Source of the DNA: Scyliorhinus canicula
Taxonomy: Eukaryota
Length of the DNA: 64,000 nt
Direction of reading: 5' to 3'
Assembly (NCBI RefSeq): GCF_902713615.1
Contig: NC_052146.1
Coordinates: forward strand, 270,633,350-270,697,349
Below are positions 63,984 to 64,000 of the stretch, piece after piece (position 1 is the first letter of the stretch; the number at the start of each line of letters is the position of its first letter). The position numbers were made by a program, and so were the translations under genes. The notes beneath the pieces are model-generated. The model was given only the letters and a program-made list of their open reading frames with translations. It was not told the origin of the DNA and did no database searches.

Positions 63984-64000
63984 GTAGCCCCTGTACGGTC

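Overview
Repeat-dense, apparently gene-free vertebrate DNA. The repeat set (V-SINE/HE1-type SINEs, CR1, Rex1, RTE, L1-clade, Penelope, PIF/Harbinger MITEs) points to a cartilaginous fish, probably a shark (inference). I could not support any host gene or exon. Nearly every recognisable ORF is transposon-derived. Main points: (1) A ~6.3-kb array of ~300 copies of a 21-bp unit (42229-48500). The unit is the anticodon-arm segment of a tRNA-derived SINE, and the array runs in register into that SINE's B-box and body. Its >2000-aa 'ORFs' arise because the unit is stop-free. (2) A very young Penelope retroelement inserted as a ~2.03-kb near-perfect inverted duplication (49647-53947). It has a target-site duplication, a 31-nt one-sided tail, and a minimal hammerhead ribozyme in each arm. 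(3) A family of GC/CpG-rich Harbinger-type MITEs with 3-bp TSDs, including a head-to-head fused palindromic copy. (4) A CR1 with an uninterrupted 573-aa RT ORF nested in a SINE that carries an inverted copy of its own tail. Coordinates were read by eye. Those tied to quoted motifs should be near-exact; ends of old, degraded elements are approximate.
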